From positions 1,664,001 to 1,728,000 of the forward strand of contig CAWBMP010000004.1 of NCBI GenBank assembly GCA_963790025.1: a stretch of DNA of 64,000 bases, given 5' to 3'. Source of the DNA: Nitrospirota bacterium (lineage in GTDB: Bacteria; Nitrospirota; Thermodesulfovibrionia; Thermodesulfovibrionales; Dissulfurispiraceae). A program made the translations under genes and the position numbers. Below the pieces are notes generated by a model. It worked only from the letters and a program-made list of their open reading frames with translations. It made no database searches and was not told the origin of the DNA. Below, one piece after another: positions 1-10,705 of this stretch; position 1 is the stretch's first letter; the number at the start of each line of letters is the position of its first letter.

Positions 1-1438
1 AACCGAAGACCAGGGTTATGGCATTATAGTGTCCCACTTGCCGGAAGGAGCGTCGCAGCCACGGTCGCAGGAAGTTGCCTATAAAATTAATGATATCCTG
101 AAAAGGACTGCCGGAGTTGATTTCTGGGTGCATATAGGAGGTTTGTCGATTCTGGACAACGCCAATGTCTCTAATGTTTCCACGACATTTGTTGTTTACA
201 AGGACTGGAAAGACCGCGGCACTTTATTAAACCAGGACACGATCCTTTTGAACATCAACCGGGAGCTTGCCGGAATTCAGGAAGCGCAGGCTTTTATGTT
301 GGTCCCGCCGCCGATCCGGGGCTTAGGACAGACCGGCGGCTTCCAAATGATGGTGGAAGACCGCGGTAACGTCGGGCTGAACGAACTCCATAAGGCCACA
401 AGCGAACTCGTCCGGAGCGGAAATTCCAACCCAGCCATGAAGGGGCTTATCTCGACTTTTATCCTGGGCAGCCCGCAGTTATACCTGAATATCGATCGTA
501 CCAAAGCGGAGTCGTTTCAGGTCCCGTTGTCTAACGTACTGGATACCCTCCAGGCCTACATGGGATCTTCGTTTGTCAACCTGTTTAACAAATACAACCA
601 GGTATTTCAGGTTTACATTCAGGCCGACAGCCGCTACCGCTTGCGGCCGCGGGACATAAAGAACCTGTATGTCCGCAATCTGAAAGGGGACATGGTGCCT
701 CTTGGAAGCTTGCTGGATGTCAGGCAGGTACAGGGCCCTGAGTTGATCACCCGCTATAACCTTTATCCTGCGGCGCCCATTTTTGGGTCAGCCGCGCCCG
801 GTTTCAGCTCCGGCCAGGCCCTCAATATTATGGAACAGATGGCTGGCCAACAATTGCCGGAGGGAATAGCTTATGACTGGACATCCACAAGTTACCAGGA
901 AAAAAAGGTGGGCTCACAGGCATATTTCATATACGCCCTTTCCATTTTCCTGGTCTATATGGTACTGGCCGCTTTATATGAGAGCTGGACCTCGCCTGCG
1001 GCAGTTATCATGGTTGTACCTATAGCTCTTGTCGGGGTCCTTCTGGCCACTATGGTCAGGGGCTATGATAACAACCTGTATACACAGGTGGGATTAATAC
1101 TGATGATAGCCCTTGCGAGCAAGAACGCGATTCTCATTGTGGAATTTGCCCGCGATCTGCACCATGAAGGCATGAGTATAGAGGAAGCCGCGATCGAAGC
1201 GACCCATCGCAGGTTCCGGCCCATAGTTATGACTTCTTTTGCCTTTATTCTTGGAGTAGTGCCACTTGTGGTTGCTTTCGGGGCCGGTTCAGCAGGCCAG
1301 CGAGCAATAGGAACTGTTGTTTTCGGAGGCATGTTATCGTCTACGCTTCTGGCCATTCCATTTGTTCCGGTATTTTATGTTGCCCTCGAACGCCTGAGCG
1401 AACGGGTGAAAAAAAGGAAGACAGGAAATATCGTATAA
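1..1438 (+). CDS. RND (HAE1/AcrB-family) efflux permease, 5'-truncated by the window edge
   Basis: The frame is open from base 2 (TEDQGY motif upstream of the listed GTG). C-terminal motifs LAALYESW, KNAILIVEFA and RFRPIVMTSFAFILG are typical of AcrB/MexB. Confidence 0.93.
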   Translation, partial: TEDQGYGIIVSHLPEGASQPRSQEVAYKINDILKRTAGVDFWVHIGGLSILDNANVSNVSTTFVVYKDWKDRGTLLNQDTILLNINRELAGIQEAQAFMLVPPPIRGLGQTGGFQMMVEDRGNVGLNELHKATSELVRSGNSNPAMKGLISTFILGSPQLYLNIDRTKAESFQVPLSNVLDTLQAYMGSSFVNLFNKYNQVFQVYIQADSRYRLRPRDIKNLYVRNLKGDMVPLGSLLDVRQVQGPELITRYNLYPAAPIFGSAAPGFSSGQALNIMEQMAGQQLPEGIAYDWTSTSYQEKKVGSQAYFIYALSIFLVYMVLAALYESWTSPAAVIMVVPIALVGVLLATMVRGYDNNLYTQVGLILMIALASKNAILIVEFARDLHHEGMSIEEAAIEATHRRFRPIVMTSFAFILGVVPLVVAFGAGSAGQRAIGTVVFGGMLSSTLLAIPFVPVFYVALERLSERVKKRKTGNIV

Positions 1439-1479
1439 CTTATAATAGAATTCATGTATAAAATAGACGGAGAACAAAT

Positions 1480-3102
1480 ATGAAAGCGTCCGATCTCTTG
1501 GTGAAGTGTCTCGAAAACGAGGGAGTTGACTACATATTCGGTCTGCCGGGGGAAGAAACACTTGACCTTATGGACTCGCTCAGGACCTCCTCTATACGTT
1601 TCATCCTGACCCGTCATGAGCAGGCTGCTGCATTTATGGCAGACGCCTACGGCCGCTTTACCGGCAGGGCAGGCGTTTGCATCTCTACCCTCGGCCCTGG
1701 AGCTACAAATCTTCTGACGGGAGTTGCCGATGCCTACCTCGACAAGTCTCCACTTGTCGCGATAACAGGGCAGGCCGACCTCAAAAGTATCCACAAAGAA
1801 TCACACCAGTACATCAATATTGTGGAGAATTTCGAGAGCGTCACGAAGTGGAACGGCAGGATAGAGTCGCCGGATGTGATCCCTGAAATGGTGCGCAAGG
1901 CCTTCAAAGTTGCAGAGACTGAAAAACCGGGTTCAGTTCATCTGGAGCTGCCCGAGAATGTGGCTGCCATGAAAGTTTATGAAATGTACTCCGACATGAT
2001 TTCACCCATCCGTCCGAGAAGGAGTTCGCCTGACAGGCAGTCTCTTAGAAAGACGGCGGAGCTAGTTGAACAGGCGCGATTTCCGGTCATACTTTCGGGA
2101 CACGGTGTTGTGCGGAAGTCTGCGAGCGACCGGCTCCGGAAATTCGCCGAACTTTTTTGCATACCGGTTGTGACGACTTTTATGGGGAAGGGCGGGATAA
2201 GTACAGAAAGTCCCAGTTGTATCGGCACTCTCGGACTCGTCAATGACAGGCAGATTGCCGATGTTTTTTCAAAGGCTGACCTCATTATTGCCGCCGGCTA
2301 TGACCTTGTTGAGTATGCACCGAAAAACTGGAACCCGAAACGTGATAAAAAGATCGTTCATATCGACTTTACCACGAGTGAAGTAGACCTGTACTATGTG
2401 CCGGAAATAGAGATTATCTCAGACATCCGTGAAACGCTGGAACTGCTTGAAGGCATAATGAGCACAAATAAAAAGAGCGAGTGCCTCATCAGTCTGAGAA
2501 GGGACTTTACCGAGGGCTTCGAGAGGGAAGGCACATTCGACTCGTGGCCTCCACAGCCTCCGCGAATTATTTACGGAATGCGGAAGGTCCTCGACGCGGA
2601 AGATATCCTTGTGTCCGATGTGGGCACCTGCAAGTTGTGGGCTGCAAAATTCTATCCTGTTTACCGGAATAACACGTTTGTTCTTTCTAACGGTTTTGCC
2701 TCCATGGGTTTTGCTCTCCCTACTGCAATAGTGGCAAAACTCATCCACCCGGAACAGCATGTAGTGGCCCTCTGCGGCGACGGCGGCTTCATGATGAATC
2801 TGCAGGACCTTGAGACTGCCTGCAGGCTGAAACTGAATGTTGTCGTTGTTATCTTCAACGATAACGCCTATAACCTTATCAAGTGGAAGTCTGAAAAAAA
2901 ATTCGGAACGTCTTTCGGCGTCAGCTATACGAACCCTGATTTCGTCAGGCTCGCAGAAAGTTTCGGCGCTGTCGGCATAAAACTGAAATCCTCAAATGAA
3001 TTTGAAAAAGTACTAAGGGATGCCCTGTCAAAGAGTGTCCCGGTTATCATCGATGTGCCGATAGATTACAGCAATAACGAAATCATCTATAACCTTCTGT
3101 AA
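1480..3102 (+). CDS. Acetolactate synthase large subunit (TPP-dependent)
   Basis: Motifs FGLPGEE, TRHEQAAAFMA, STLGPGATN and the TPP motif GDGGFMMN...ND. No small-subunit gene is adjacent. Confidence 0.9.
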   Translation: MKASDLLVKCLENEGVDYIFGLPGEETLDLMDSLRTSSIRFILTRHEQAAAFMADAYGRFTGRAGVCISTLGPGATNLLTGVADAYLDKSPLVAITGQADLKSIHKESHQYINIVENFESVTKWNGRIESPDVIPEMVRKAFKVAETEKPGSVHLELPENVAAMKVYEMYSDMISPIRPRRSSPDRQSLRKTAELVEQARFPVILSGHGVVRKSASDRLRKFAELFCIPVVTTFMGKGGISTESPSCIGTLGLVNDRQIADVFSKADLIIAAGYDLVEYAPKNWNPKRDKKIVHIDFTTSEVDLYYVPEIEIISDIRETLELLEGIMSTNKKSECLISLRRDFTEGFEREGTFDSWPPQPPRIIYGMRKVLDAEDILVSDVGTCKLWAAKFYPVYRNNTFVLSNGFASMGFALPTAIVAKLIHPEQHVVALCGDGGFMMNLQDLETACRLKLNVVVVIFNDNAYNLIKWKSEKKFGTSFGVSYTNPDFVRLAESFGAVGIKLKSSNEFEKVLRDALSKSVPVIIDVPIDYSNNEIIYNLL

Positions 3103-3246
3103 GCCGAGTCCCTGGCTGTGGAATGCCTTCGGAATAGCCATAATCGGCTTTGCAGTCATAGTCTTTACGAAGACAGACCCGACTTTTGTGATTCTTGGTG
3201 CAGGAGCAGTCGGCTCCTTGCTGTTATGAGGCGTCCGACACTGAGT

Positions 3247-5434
3247 TTAATGAAGCTTACGTTTGAACCTGGCGATCAAATCAAATAACTTGTTCTGAGG
3301 CACAGGCTGCGAAAACAGGAATCCTTGTATGAAATGGAAATCCAGGTCTCTAAAAATGCTGAAGATCTTCCTGGTTTTCAACGCCTTCTATAATCATTTT
3401 CATATCCAGATTGTTCGCAAGATTAAAGACCGATTTCAATATTTCCTGGGCCTGCATGTCCTCTCGTATGTTAAGCGTGAAGGAACGGTCTATTTTCAAT
3501 GCATTTACCGGGAATTTGTGGAGGTAGTTAAGCGAGGAATAGCCTGTGCCGAAATCGTCAAGGTATACCTGCACCCCCATCCCTTTGATGTTGTCCAAAA
3601 CGGAAGATGCCGTCAGTATATTTTCCATAATAGTGCTCTCGGTGACCTCGATCCGCAAGTTTCCTTTGTCAAATCCTGATTCAGAGAGAATGTCAGCAAT
3701 TATCTGCGGGAGCGAATTGTTAAACTGTCTTGCCGACAAATTCACACTTACGTAGAAAGGAGGACCAGAGGAATAAATAGAATTTAACTCCTTGATATCC
3801 ATGCATGCTTTTTTCATTACCAGTATGCCTATATCCCCGATCAGGCCTAACTTTTCAGCTATCGGTATGAAATGTGTCGGCGGTATGTATCCCCTGATTG
3901 GGTGAAGCCATCTGGCAAGAGCTTCAAAACCGGCCACTGTATTTGTCCGGATGTCCACGATCGGTTGATAATGTACAGACATTTCTCCCAGTTTCATAGC
4001 CTTGCGAAGGTCGTTTTCGATACTAACGGCATCAATGACTGCGGCACGCATACTGTCATCGAAAAGCATATACTGGGACTTTCCCTTTTCTTTTGCTATA
4101 TACATGGCTATGTCGGCGTTGCGCAGGAGATCATCGGGCTTGTCCTGAGCGCTGTCTGAAATGGCAATCCCTATGCTGGAGGAGATAAATACTTCATGGT
4201 TTTCCAGATGAAATGTCTCTAAAAGCGATTTATGAATTCTTTTGGCGATCCTGATAGCGTCCTTCGGGCCGCTCACATTATCAAGCAGCACGACAAACTC
4301 GTCACCGCCAAATCTGGATATGGTGTCACCAGGCCTAATAGCGAAATGAAGACGCTTTGTCACAGACAGCAGCAGTTCATCTCCAATCATGTGTCCAAGA
4401 CTGTCATTGATCTTCTTGAAATCATCCAGGTCTATAAAAAGTACGGCAAAAAGCAAGGCCCCTTCCCTTTTCTTATGGTTGTACAGATTTTGAATACGGT
4501 CCCGAAGAAGTATCCGGTTGGGAAGTCCGGTAAGTGCATCATACAAAGCCTGGTGTATGAGTTCATCTTCGAGTTTTTTGCTTTCCGTTATGTCCTGCAT
4601 CGTTTCTATGGCTGCTATCAGGTTTCCTTTGCTGTTGAAAATAGGCGCGGCATCCAAAATAATATACCTTTTTCTGCCCATTATGTTGTTATACCATCCT
4701 TCAGCCTTTATCCCGGTGACATTCAAGGAAGACTTGGAATAATTCTTATATAGCGACGGGAGCTTGTCTTGATCACCGTCAAGAATTATATCTGCCAGGG
4801 TTGGTCTTTTGTGGTCGTAAAAGGGTTGCCACTGTAGGTCTGAACCGAGCATTTCGGCCTCTTCGCGTCCGGTCAGTTTCTCACAGGCCTTATTCCAAAG
4901 TGTAATCTTGTGCGACCTGTCCAAAACGAATGTGGCCATCGGGGAGTTTTGGATCAGGCTCTTCACATAACGCTCCTGATCGCACAGGGCTTCCTCGACC
5001 TTCTTGCGGTCGGAGATATCGTTAAACATCATTATATTTACATCATCAAGTGACGCCATCCTGAACACAATATCACGTAAAGCGCCATCCTTACATGTTA
5101 CTCTCCATTCCTGATTTTCTCTCTTTTTTTTATTTCTTACAGCTTTCTGAGCAGCTGCCTTCCAGCTATCGATGACCTGCTGCCTGTATTCTTTATCAGG
5201 GTAAGCGAGAGGCCACCACTCATCTATGGTTGGAATATCTTCTATTGTATATCCGAACGTTTCTGTGAAGCTGCTGTTAAAATATATAAATTTCCCTTTT
5301 TTGTTTGTTACTGCCATGGCAACAGGATTACGGTCTAACAGACGTTTGAAATTTTTTTCATCCGCCTTCAATGACTCTTCTGTTTTTTTAAGTTCAGACA
5401 TATCCATGAAGGGGACCACAGGCTTTTGCTCCAT
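3247..5434 (-). CDS. PAS-PAS-GGDEF-EAL diguanylate cyclase/phosphodiesterase with a frameshift near the C-terminus (ORF stops at 3350; the shifted frame runs to 3247)
   Basis: Two PAS-like segments, RPGD...GGDEF, FEALARW, LDDFGTG and EGVE. The missing IQGFLFSQP end lies in the adjacent frame. Confidence 0.9.
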
Positions 5435-5616
5435 AATGACTCCTGACCTGCTTTACAGGCTGTCACTAACTCCAAGTGACCGGCTGATAGCGAAAACAAC
5501 AATGAGGAAAGAGTATCAAACATCGCTGAAAAAAAGCAATGTCCTTCGGAAAATTTTATTGAGAGCTCACAGATAGTAAAGAATAAATCTTTTTAACCTG
5601 ACCGGTTAGAGTAAAG

Positions 5617-5689
5617 CTCCCGAGGAGGGATTCGAACCCCCGACAGGGTGGTTAACAGCCACCTGCTCTGCCAGCTGAGCTACCCGGGA
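5617..5689 (-). tRNA. tRNA-Asn(GTT), CCA not encoded
   Basis: Cloverleaf on the minus strand: acceptor TCCCGGG/CTCGGGA, D-arm GCTC..GAGC, anticodon arm GGTGG-CTGTTAA-CCACC, T-loop TTCGAAT, discriminator G. Confidence 0.97.
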
Positions 5690-5711
5690 AATTGCTATAT
5701 ATCGAACATAT

Positions 5712-5741
5712 TTTATAACAGAATAATTATTAGGTTGTCAA
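5712..5741 (-). promoter_or_regulatory. Sigma70-type promoter of tRNA-Asn
   Basis: TTGACA-18 nt-TATAAA on the minus strand just upstream of the tRNA. Confidence 0.6.
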
Positions 5742-5834
5742 ACACGTGAGGCCAATGGCTAAAAGAAAAAGGTTAAAGATTAAAGAACAAGATGCAGAGA
5801 TTTTCCTTTATTGACTTAAAGCCTTTCGCCTCAT

Positions 5835-6293
5835 TTACGATACTTCAATTTTTATTTCTTTCGGCTTCGCCTTCTCCTGTTTTGGAATGACCACTTCAAG
5901 GACACCGTTGCTGAATGCGGCTTTTGCTTTTTCGCTATCGACCTCAACCGGGAGAGCCACGCTCCTGGAAAAGCTGCCGTAGCTAATTTCGCTCATATAG
6001 TATGCTTCAGCCTTTACCTCTTCACCCTTTTTGATCTCTCCCTTGAGGGTGAGCGAGTCTTTTGTAATCGAAAGATCGATGTCCTCTTTTTTTACACCGG
6101 GGAGATCTGCCCGGAACACGATCTCGTTTGTTCTGTCATATAGCTCGATATTGGGAACAATGGGCCCTGCTTCAGCCTTTTCGCCCCATGTTCTCCTTCT
6201 CCTCGGACCCGGAAAAAATTCTTCAAAAAGCCGGTCCATGTCCCTCCTCATTTCTTCAAGCTCTTTTAAAGGCCCCCATTTGACTATTGACAT
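5835..6293 (-). CDS. Small heat-shock protein Hsp20/alpha-crystallin
   Basis: ADLPGV, E..YGSFSRSVALP and A.FSNGVLEVVIPK motifs. ATG 6293 follows an AAGGAGG SD. Confidence 0.95.
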   Translation of the reverse strand: MSIVKWGPLKELEEMRRDMDRLFEEFFPGPRRRRTWGEKAEAGPIVPNIELYDRTNEIVFRADLPGVKKEDIDLSITKDSLTLKGEIKKGEEVKAEAYYMSEISYGSFSRSVALPVEVDSEKAKAAFSNGVLEVVIPKQEKAKPKEIKIEVS

Positions 6294-6339
6294 AGTAACC
6301 TCCTTATTCAAGACTGCGGCATCCTTTGATAAGTCTATT

Positions 6340-8988
6340 TTAACCTATCACTTCGCCTGTTGCCACACTATCAAATGCAATATGACCGCCGGAGTAATCC
6401 ACTTCAACCACATCACCTTCTTTAAAAGTCCTGTCAAGTATTTTGAGCGCCAGCGGATTCAGGATTTCATTCTGTATCGCCCGCTTGAGCGGCCTTGCAC
6501 CGAAAACAGGGTCATAGCCCACATGAGCGATATGTTCTATTGCTTTATCGGTGAGCACAATATCTATCTTTTTATCGAGCAGATACTTTTTCATCCGGTT
6601 AACCTGAATTTCTACAATGCTCTTCAGCAATCTCTCATCGAGCGGGTTAAAGATGATAATATCATCTATCCTGTTAAGGAACTCCGGTCTGAAAAAGGAT
6701 TTCAAGTCATTCATTATCTTGTCCCGCAGGTCCTGCCCGTTTTCGCCGTACCAGTGGGCCGCAGACTTACGGGCCTTCTCCTCCAGTATTTCCTGTATGT
6801 GCGTGCTCCCTATATTGGAAGTCATGATAACAACGGCGTTCCTGAAATCCACTGTCCTTCCATGCCCGTCAGTCAGCCTCCCGTCATCCAGAAGTTGCAG
6901 CAGGAGGTTGAATACTTCAGGATGCGCCTTTTCAACCTCGTCGAAGAGTATTACCGAATACGGCCTTCTCCGCACCGCCTCGGTCAGTTGTCCTCCTTCC
7001 TCATAGCCCACGTAGCCAGGCGGTGCGCCGATTAGCCGCGAGGTGGTATGGCGCTCCTGGTATTCAGACATATCTATCCTGATCACTGCTGCTTCATCAT
7101 CGAAGAGAAATTCGGCAAGTGCCTTTGCCAGTTCAGTTTTCCCCACTCCAGTAGGGCCGAGAAAGAGGAAAGAGCCGATGGGCCTGTTGGGGTCCTGTAT
7201 GCCTGCCCTGGCCCTTCTGATGGCATTCGATACAGCGGTTATCGCCTCGTCCTGGCCCACAACCCTTTTCTTCAGGTTTTCATCCATTTTAATCAATTTC
7301 TGGATCTCGCTTTCGAGCATTCTTGACACCGGCACCCCGGTCCATTTAGAGACGACTTCGGCAATATCTTCCTCATCAACCTCTTCCTTGAGCATCTTTC
7401 TTCTTGCCTGGGTTTCGCCCAGCCTTAAGTTTTCCTCGTCGAGGAGTTTTTGCAGTTGAAGGAGCGTGCCATACCTTAACTCAGCGGCTTTGCCCAGATC
7501 TCCTTCACGCTCGGCCCTCTCCGACTCTATTTTCGTTGTTTCAAGCTGCTCTTTAAGGGACCTGATCTTCTGAATTACTTCTTTCTCGCTTAGCCACTGT
7601 GCTCTGAACACGTCCCTCTTCGATTGAAGTTCGGCCATCTCCTTAGCCAATTTGTCGAGCTTTTCCCTCGCCTGCTGGGAACCGTCGTCCCGCATTAAAG
7701 CCTGTTTTTCGATCTCGAACTGCCTCAATTTTCTTTCGATTTCGTCGAGTTCAGTCGGCATGCTGTCTATTTCCATTCTTAACTTAGCCGCTGATTCATC
7801 GATCAGGTCTATTGCCTTGTCGGGAAGAAACCGGTCGGTTATATACCTGTGCGAAAGGGTCGCAGCTGCAATTAGCGCCGAGTCTTTTATTTTGACGCCG
7901 TGGTGCACCTCATATTTATCTTTTAACCCCCTGAGAATCGAAATAGTATCTTCGACAGAAGGCTCTTTTACATAAACAGGCTGGAACCGCCGCTCCAGAG
8001 CAGGATCTTTTTCTATATACTTCCTGTATTCATTGATCGTTGTGGCGCCGACACAACGCAATTCGCCCCTTGCCAGAGCAGGTTTGAGCATGTTGGAGGC
8101 ATCGACGGAGCCTTCCGCTGAACCTGCTCCGACCAGCGTATGAAGTTCGTCGATGAAGGTTATGATCTTGCCTTCCGCCTGCTCGATTTCTTTTAATACG
8201 GCTTTCAGGCGCTCTTCGAACTCACCCCTGAACTTCGAGCCCGCAACGAGGCTTCCGATATCGAGGGTTATCAATCGTTTGTCTTTCAGGGTTTCCGGCA
8301 CGTCTCCGGCTACAATCCTCTGCGCAAGCCCTTCTGCAATTGCTGTTTTTCCCACTCCAGGGTCGCCTATGAGCACAGGGTTGTTTTTTGTTCTTCTGGA
8401 CAGGACCTGGATAATCCTCCGGATTTCCTCGTCTCTTCCTATAACAGGGTCCAGCTTTCCCTTTCGCGCAAGATCGGTCAGGTCTTTACCGTACCGGGTC
8501 AGGGCCTGATATTTTTCCTCCGGATTGGGGTCTGTTACACGGTGGACGCCGCGTATTTCGCGCATGGAGCCAAGTATTGCATCAGGTGTTGCGCCGTTCC
8601 GCTTGAGAATCTCAGATCCGGGTCCGTAAGTGGCGGCAATGGCAAGCAGCAGGTGCTCGACACTGATGAATTCATCGGTCAAATGGGTCGCCTCTTCATC
8701 AGCTTTTTCCAGTACGGTTTTCAAACGTGGCGCAATGTAAATCTGCCCCATTGGGGAAGATCCGGAGACCTTCGGGAAACGGTCTATTTCTTTATCTGTC
8801 TCTTTCCTGATTTCTGGAATATCAGCACCGAGCCGCCTCAGTATTTGAAACGTGATACCGTCTTCATCACTCAGGAGCGCAAGCAGCAGATGCTCCACAT
8901 CGATCTGCTGATTACCCCTTTTCTCGGCGATGCCCTGCGCTTCCTGTATAGCTTCCTGGCTTTTAACCGTCAATTTATCCATTCTCAT
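6340..8988 (-). CDS. clpB: ATP-dependent disaggregase ClpB
   Basis: Two Walker A motifs ([16 protein letters not shown]), a long coiled-coil M domain, [13 protein letters not shown], 882 aa. Confidence 0.97.
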   Translation of the reverse strand: MRMDKLTVKSQEAIQEAQGIAEKRGNQQIDVEHLLLALLSDEDGITFQILRRLGADIPEIRKETDKEIDRFPKVSGSSPMGQIYIAPRLKTVLEKADEEATHLTDEFISVEHLLLAIAATYGPGSEILKRNGATPDAILGSMREIRGVHRVTDPNPEEKYQALTRYGKDLTDLARKGKLDPVIGRDEEIRRIIQVLSRRTKNNPVLIGDPGVGKTAIAEGLAQRIVAGDVPETLKDKRLITLDIGSLVAGSKFRGEFEERLKAVLKEIEQAEGKIITFIDELHTLVGAGSAEGSVDASNMLKPALARGELRCVGATTINEYRKYIEKDPALERRFQPVYVKEPSVEDTISILRGLKDKYEVHHGVKIKDSALIAAATLSHRYITDRFLPDKAIDLIDESAAKLRMEIDSMPTELDEIERKLRQFEIEKQALMRDDGSQQAREKLDKLAKEMAELQSKRDVFRAQWLSEKEVIQKIRSLKEQLETTKIESERAEREGDLGKAAELRYGTLLQLQKLLDEENLRLGETQARRKMLKEEVDEEDIAEVVSKWTGVPVSRMLESEIQKLIKMDENLKKRVVGQDEAITAVSNAIRRARAGIQDPNRPIGSFLFLGPTGVGKTELAKALAEFLFDDEAAVIRIDMSEYQERHTTSRLIGAPPGYVGYEEGGQLTEAVRRRPYSVILFDEVEKAHPEVFNLLLQLLDDGRLTDGHGRTVDFRNAVVIMTSNIGSTHIQEILEEKARKSAAHWYGENGQDLRDKIMNDLKSFFRPEFLNRIDDIIIFNPLDERLLKSIVEIQVNRMKKYLLDKKIDIVLTDKAIEHIAHVGYDPVFGARPLKRAIQNEILNPLALKILDRTFKEGDVVEVDYSGGHIAFDSVATGEVIG

Positions 8989-9016
8989 AATATCTCCCGT
9001 ACGTACAGCGTTTCAT

Positions 9017-9373
9017 TTATTCTTCACTCAATATATGCTTAAGATGTTTTTCAAATTCCTTTCGAACGTCGTCATCTAATAATTGCATCATTTCCGTTAT
9101 TTCATTTTGCAGCGCCTTAACGCGCTTGCGCATACGGAGGATAATATCAACTCCCGCCTTATTTACGCCGAGTTCTTTGGTGAGGTTTATTACCAAATTG
9201 AGCCTTTCAATGTCCTCATCCGAATACAGGCGCTGGCGGTTTATCCGGTGGGGGCTCACAAAGCCCTCCCTCTCGTACATGCGCAGTGTCTGGGGATGTA
9301 CTTCCAGTATCCTGGACACTACGCTTATCATGTATACGGGGCTGCTTCTGTCCTGCCTTTTATTAATCCCCAT
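9017..9373 (-). CDS. hspR: MerR-family heat-shock repressor HspR
   Basis: [25 protein letters not shown]...RLYS and LGVN.AGV motifs; located between dnaJ and clpB. Confidence 0.88.
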   Translation of the reverse strand: MGINKRQDRSSPVYMISVVSRILEVHPQTLRMYEREGFVSPHRINRQRLYSDEDIERLNLVINLTKELGVNKAGVDIILRMRKRVKALQNEITEMMQLLDDDVRKEFEKHLKHILSEE

Positions 9374-10424
9374 GATGCACCATTCCCTTGCGTGGGTCCT
9401 TCTTATACAAAGAGTCTATAATGTGAATAGCCTCTTTAGCCTTTTCCGGTATGTCCTTAGGAACGACGATATTAATTTCAATATATTCATCACCCCGAGC
9501 TTTGGTTTTTGGGTGAATGAAACCCTTTCCCGTAAGCTTGAATTTTTGTCCACCCTGTGTCCCAGGCGGCAGGGTCATGATGGATGCCCCATCAATGGTC
9601 GGAACTTCTATTTTCGCACCGAGTGCAGCTTCCACAAAGGTTACAGGCAGCTGGACGTGAATGTTTTCACCTTTCCTGGTGAATACAGAATGGTGCCTGA
9701 CAGATATTTCCAAAAGAAGGTCTCCGGCAGGCCCTCTGCCTGTACCGGCATTTCCCATCTCCTTTAATTTAACAACTGATCCATTGTCTACGCCCGCCGG
9801 TATTTTTACCTTTAAAGTTTCTGTGCTGACAGTATCTCCTCTCCCACTACATTTTTTACATGCGACGGTAATCTTCTTCCCGGTACCCATGCATGTCGGG
9901 CAGGGCTGGGCCATCCTGAAGAAACCCTTTGAGGTCTGGATATGACCGGTCCCTTTACAGCCCGGACAAGTCTGTGTAGCCTCGGCGCCGCTTCCGCCGC
10001 ATTTATCGCATTGCGATGTCCGGTTGAATGTCAACGGTCTTGTTATTCCCCTGAAGGCATCCTCAAGAGTGATTTCCACACGAATTAAAATGTCCTCGCC
10101 CCGGGTGTGACGAGGCATGGTTTCCCGTCCGCCAAAGATATCACCAAAAACATCGCTGAAATCGAAAGTTTGTCCACCTTCAAAGCCCCCGAACTGCTCG
10201 AACGTAGTCCCTCCGCTGTCATACTGGGCACGTTTCTCCGGGTCGCTGAGCACGGCATAGGCCTCATTGGCTTCCTTAAACTTTTCCTCGGCGGTTTTGT
10301 CCCCGGGGTTCAGGTCAGGATGGTACTTTCTGGCAAGCTTCCTGAACGCCTTTTTTATCTCATCCTGAGAGGCGTCTTTATCAATGCCAAGTGTTTTATA
10401 GTAATCTTTCACCGATGTCGCCAT
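9363..10424 (-). CDS. dnaJ: DnaJ co-chaperone
   Basis: J-domain with HPD, short G/F region, four CxxCxGxG zinc repeats and C-terminal domain. Confidence 0.95.
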   Translation of the reverse strand: MATSVKDYYKTLGIDKDASQDEIKKAFRKLARKYHPDLNPGDKTAEEKFKEANEAYAVLSDPEKRAQYDSGGTTFEQFGGFEGGQTFDFSDVFGDIFGGRETMPRHTRGEDILIRVEITLEDAFRGITRPLTFNRTSQCDKCGGSGAEATQTCPGCKGTGHIQTSKGFFRMAQPCPTCMGTGKKITVACKKCSGRGDTVSTETLKVKIPAGVDNGSVVKLKEMGNAGTGRGPAGDLLLEISVRHHSVFTRKGENIHVQLPVTFVEAALGAKIEVPTIDGASIMTLPPGTQGGQKFKLTGKGFIHPKTKARGDEYIEINIVVPKDIPEKAKEAIHIIDSLYKKDPRKGMVHHGD

Positions 10425-10446
10425 ATATTCACCTCTTCTATTTCAT

Positions 10447-10476
10447 ATGATATATCTTTAGTCGTTTCTTGTCAAG
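10447..10476 (-). promoter_or_regulatory. dnaJ operon promoter with overlapping HAIR-like HspR operator
   Basis: Minus strand TTGACA-17-TATCAT. CTTGACA-N7-ACTAAAG (10456-10476) versus HAIR consensus CTTGAGT-N7-ACTCAAG (11/14). Confidence 0.8.
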
Positions 10477-10494
10477 TATTATATTGCACTCCGT

Positions 10495-10663
10495 GGTAGT
10501 GGGTCAGTTTGTTTTTGCTCTGGATCACCTGAGTTCTCAACAGTGGGGCGGTAACGCCCGCCCCAAATATCGAGAAAAGGCTGCCCGTTAATCTTCAGTA
10601 TATGCCAGTGATTGGAAACGAAAGACTATTTGAGCCAGAGCAAAGACAAGCTGACCCACTACC
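10495..10663. mobile_element. 169-bp MITE (non-autonomous IS derivative)
   Basis: 33-bp terminal inverted repeats GGTAGTGGGTCAGYTTGTYTTTGCTCTGGMTCA (30/33 match), flanked by 8-bp near-direct repeats CACTCCGT / CACTCCAT. No transposase. Confidence 0.85.
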
Positions 10664-10705
10664 CACTCCATGGCAGATGGGGGTCTCTGTGTTACAATTA
10701 AATAA

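Noticed and set aside
6031..7035. 334-aa plus-strand ORF
   Set aside because: Antisense shadow of clpB/hsp20 with no recognisable motifs.
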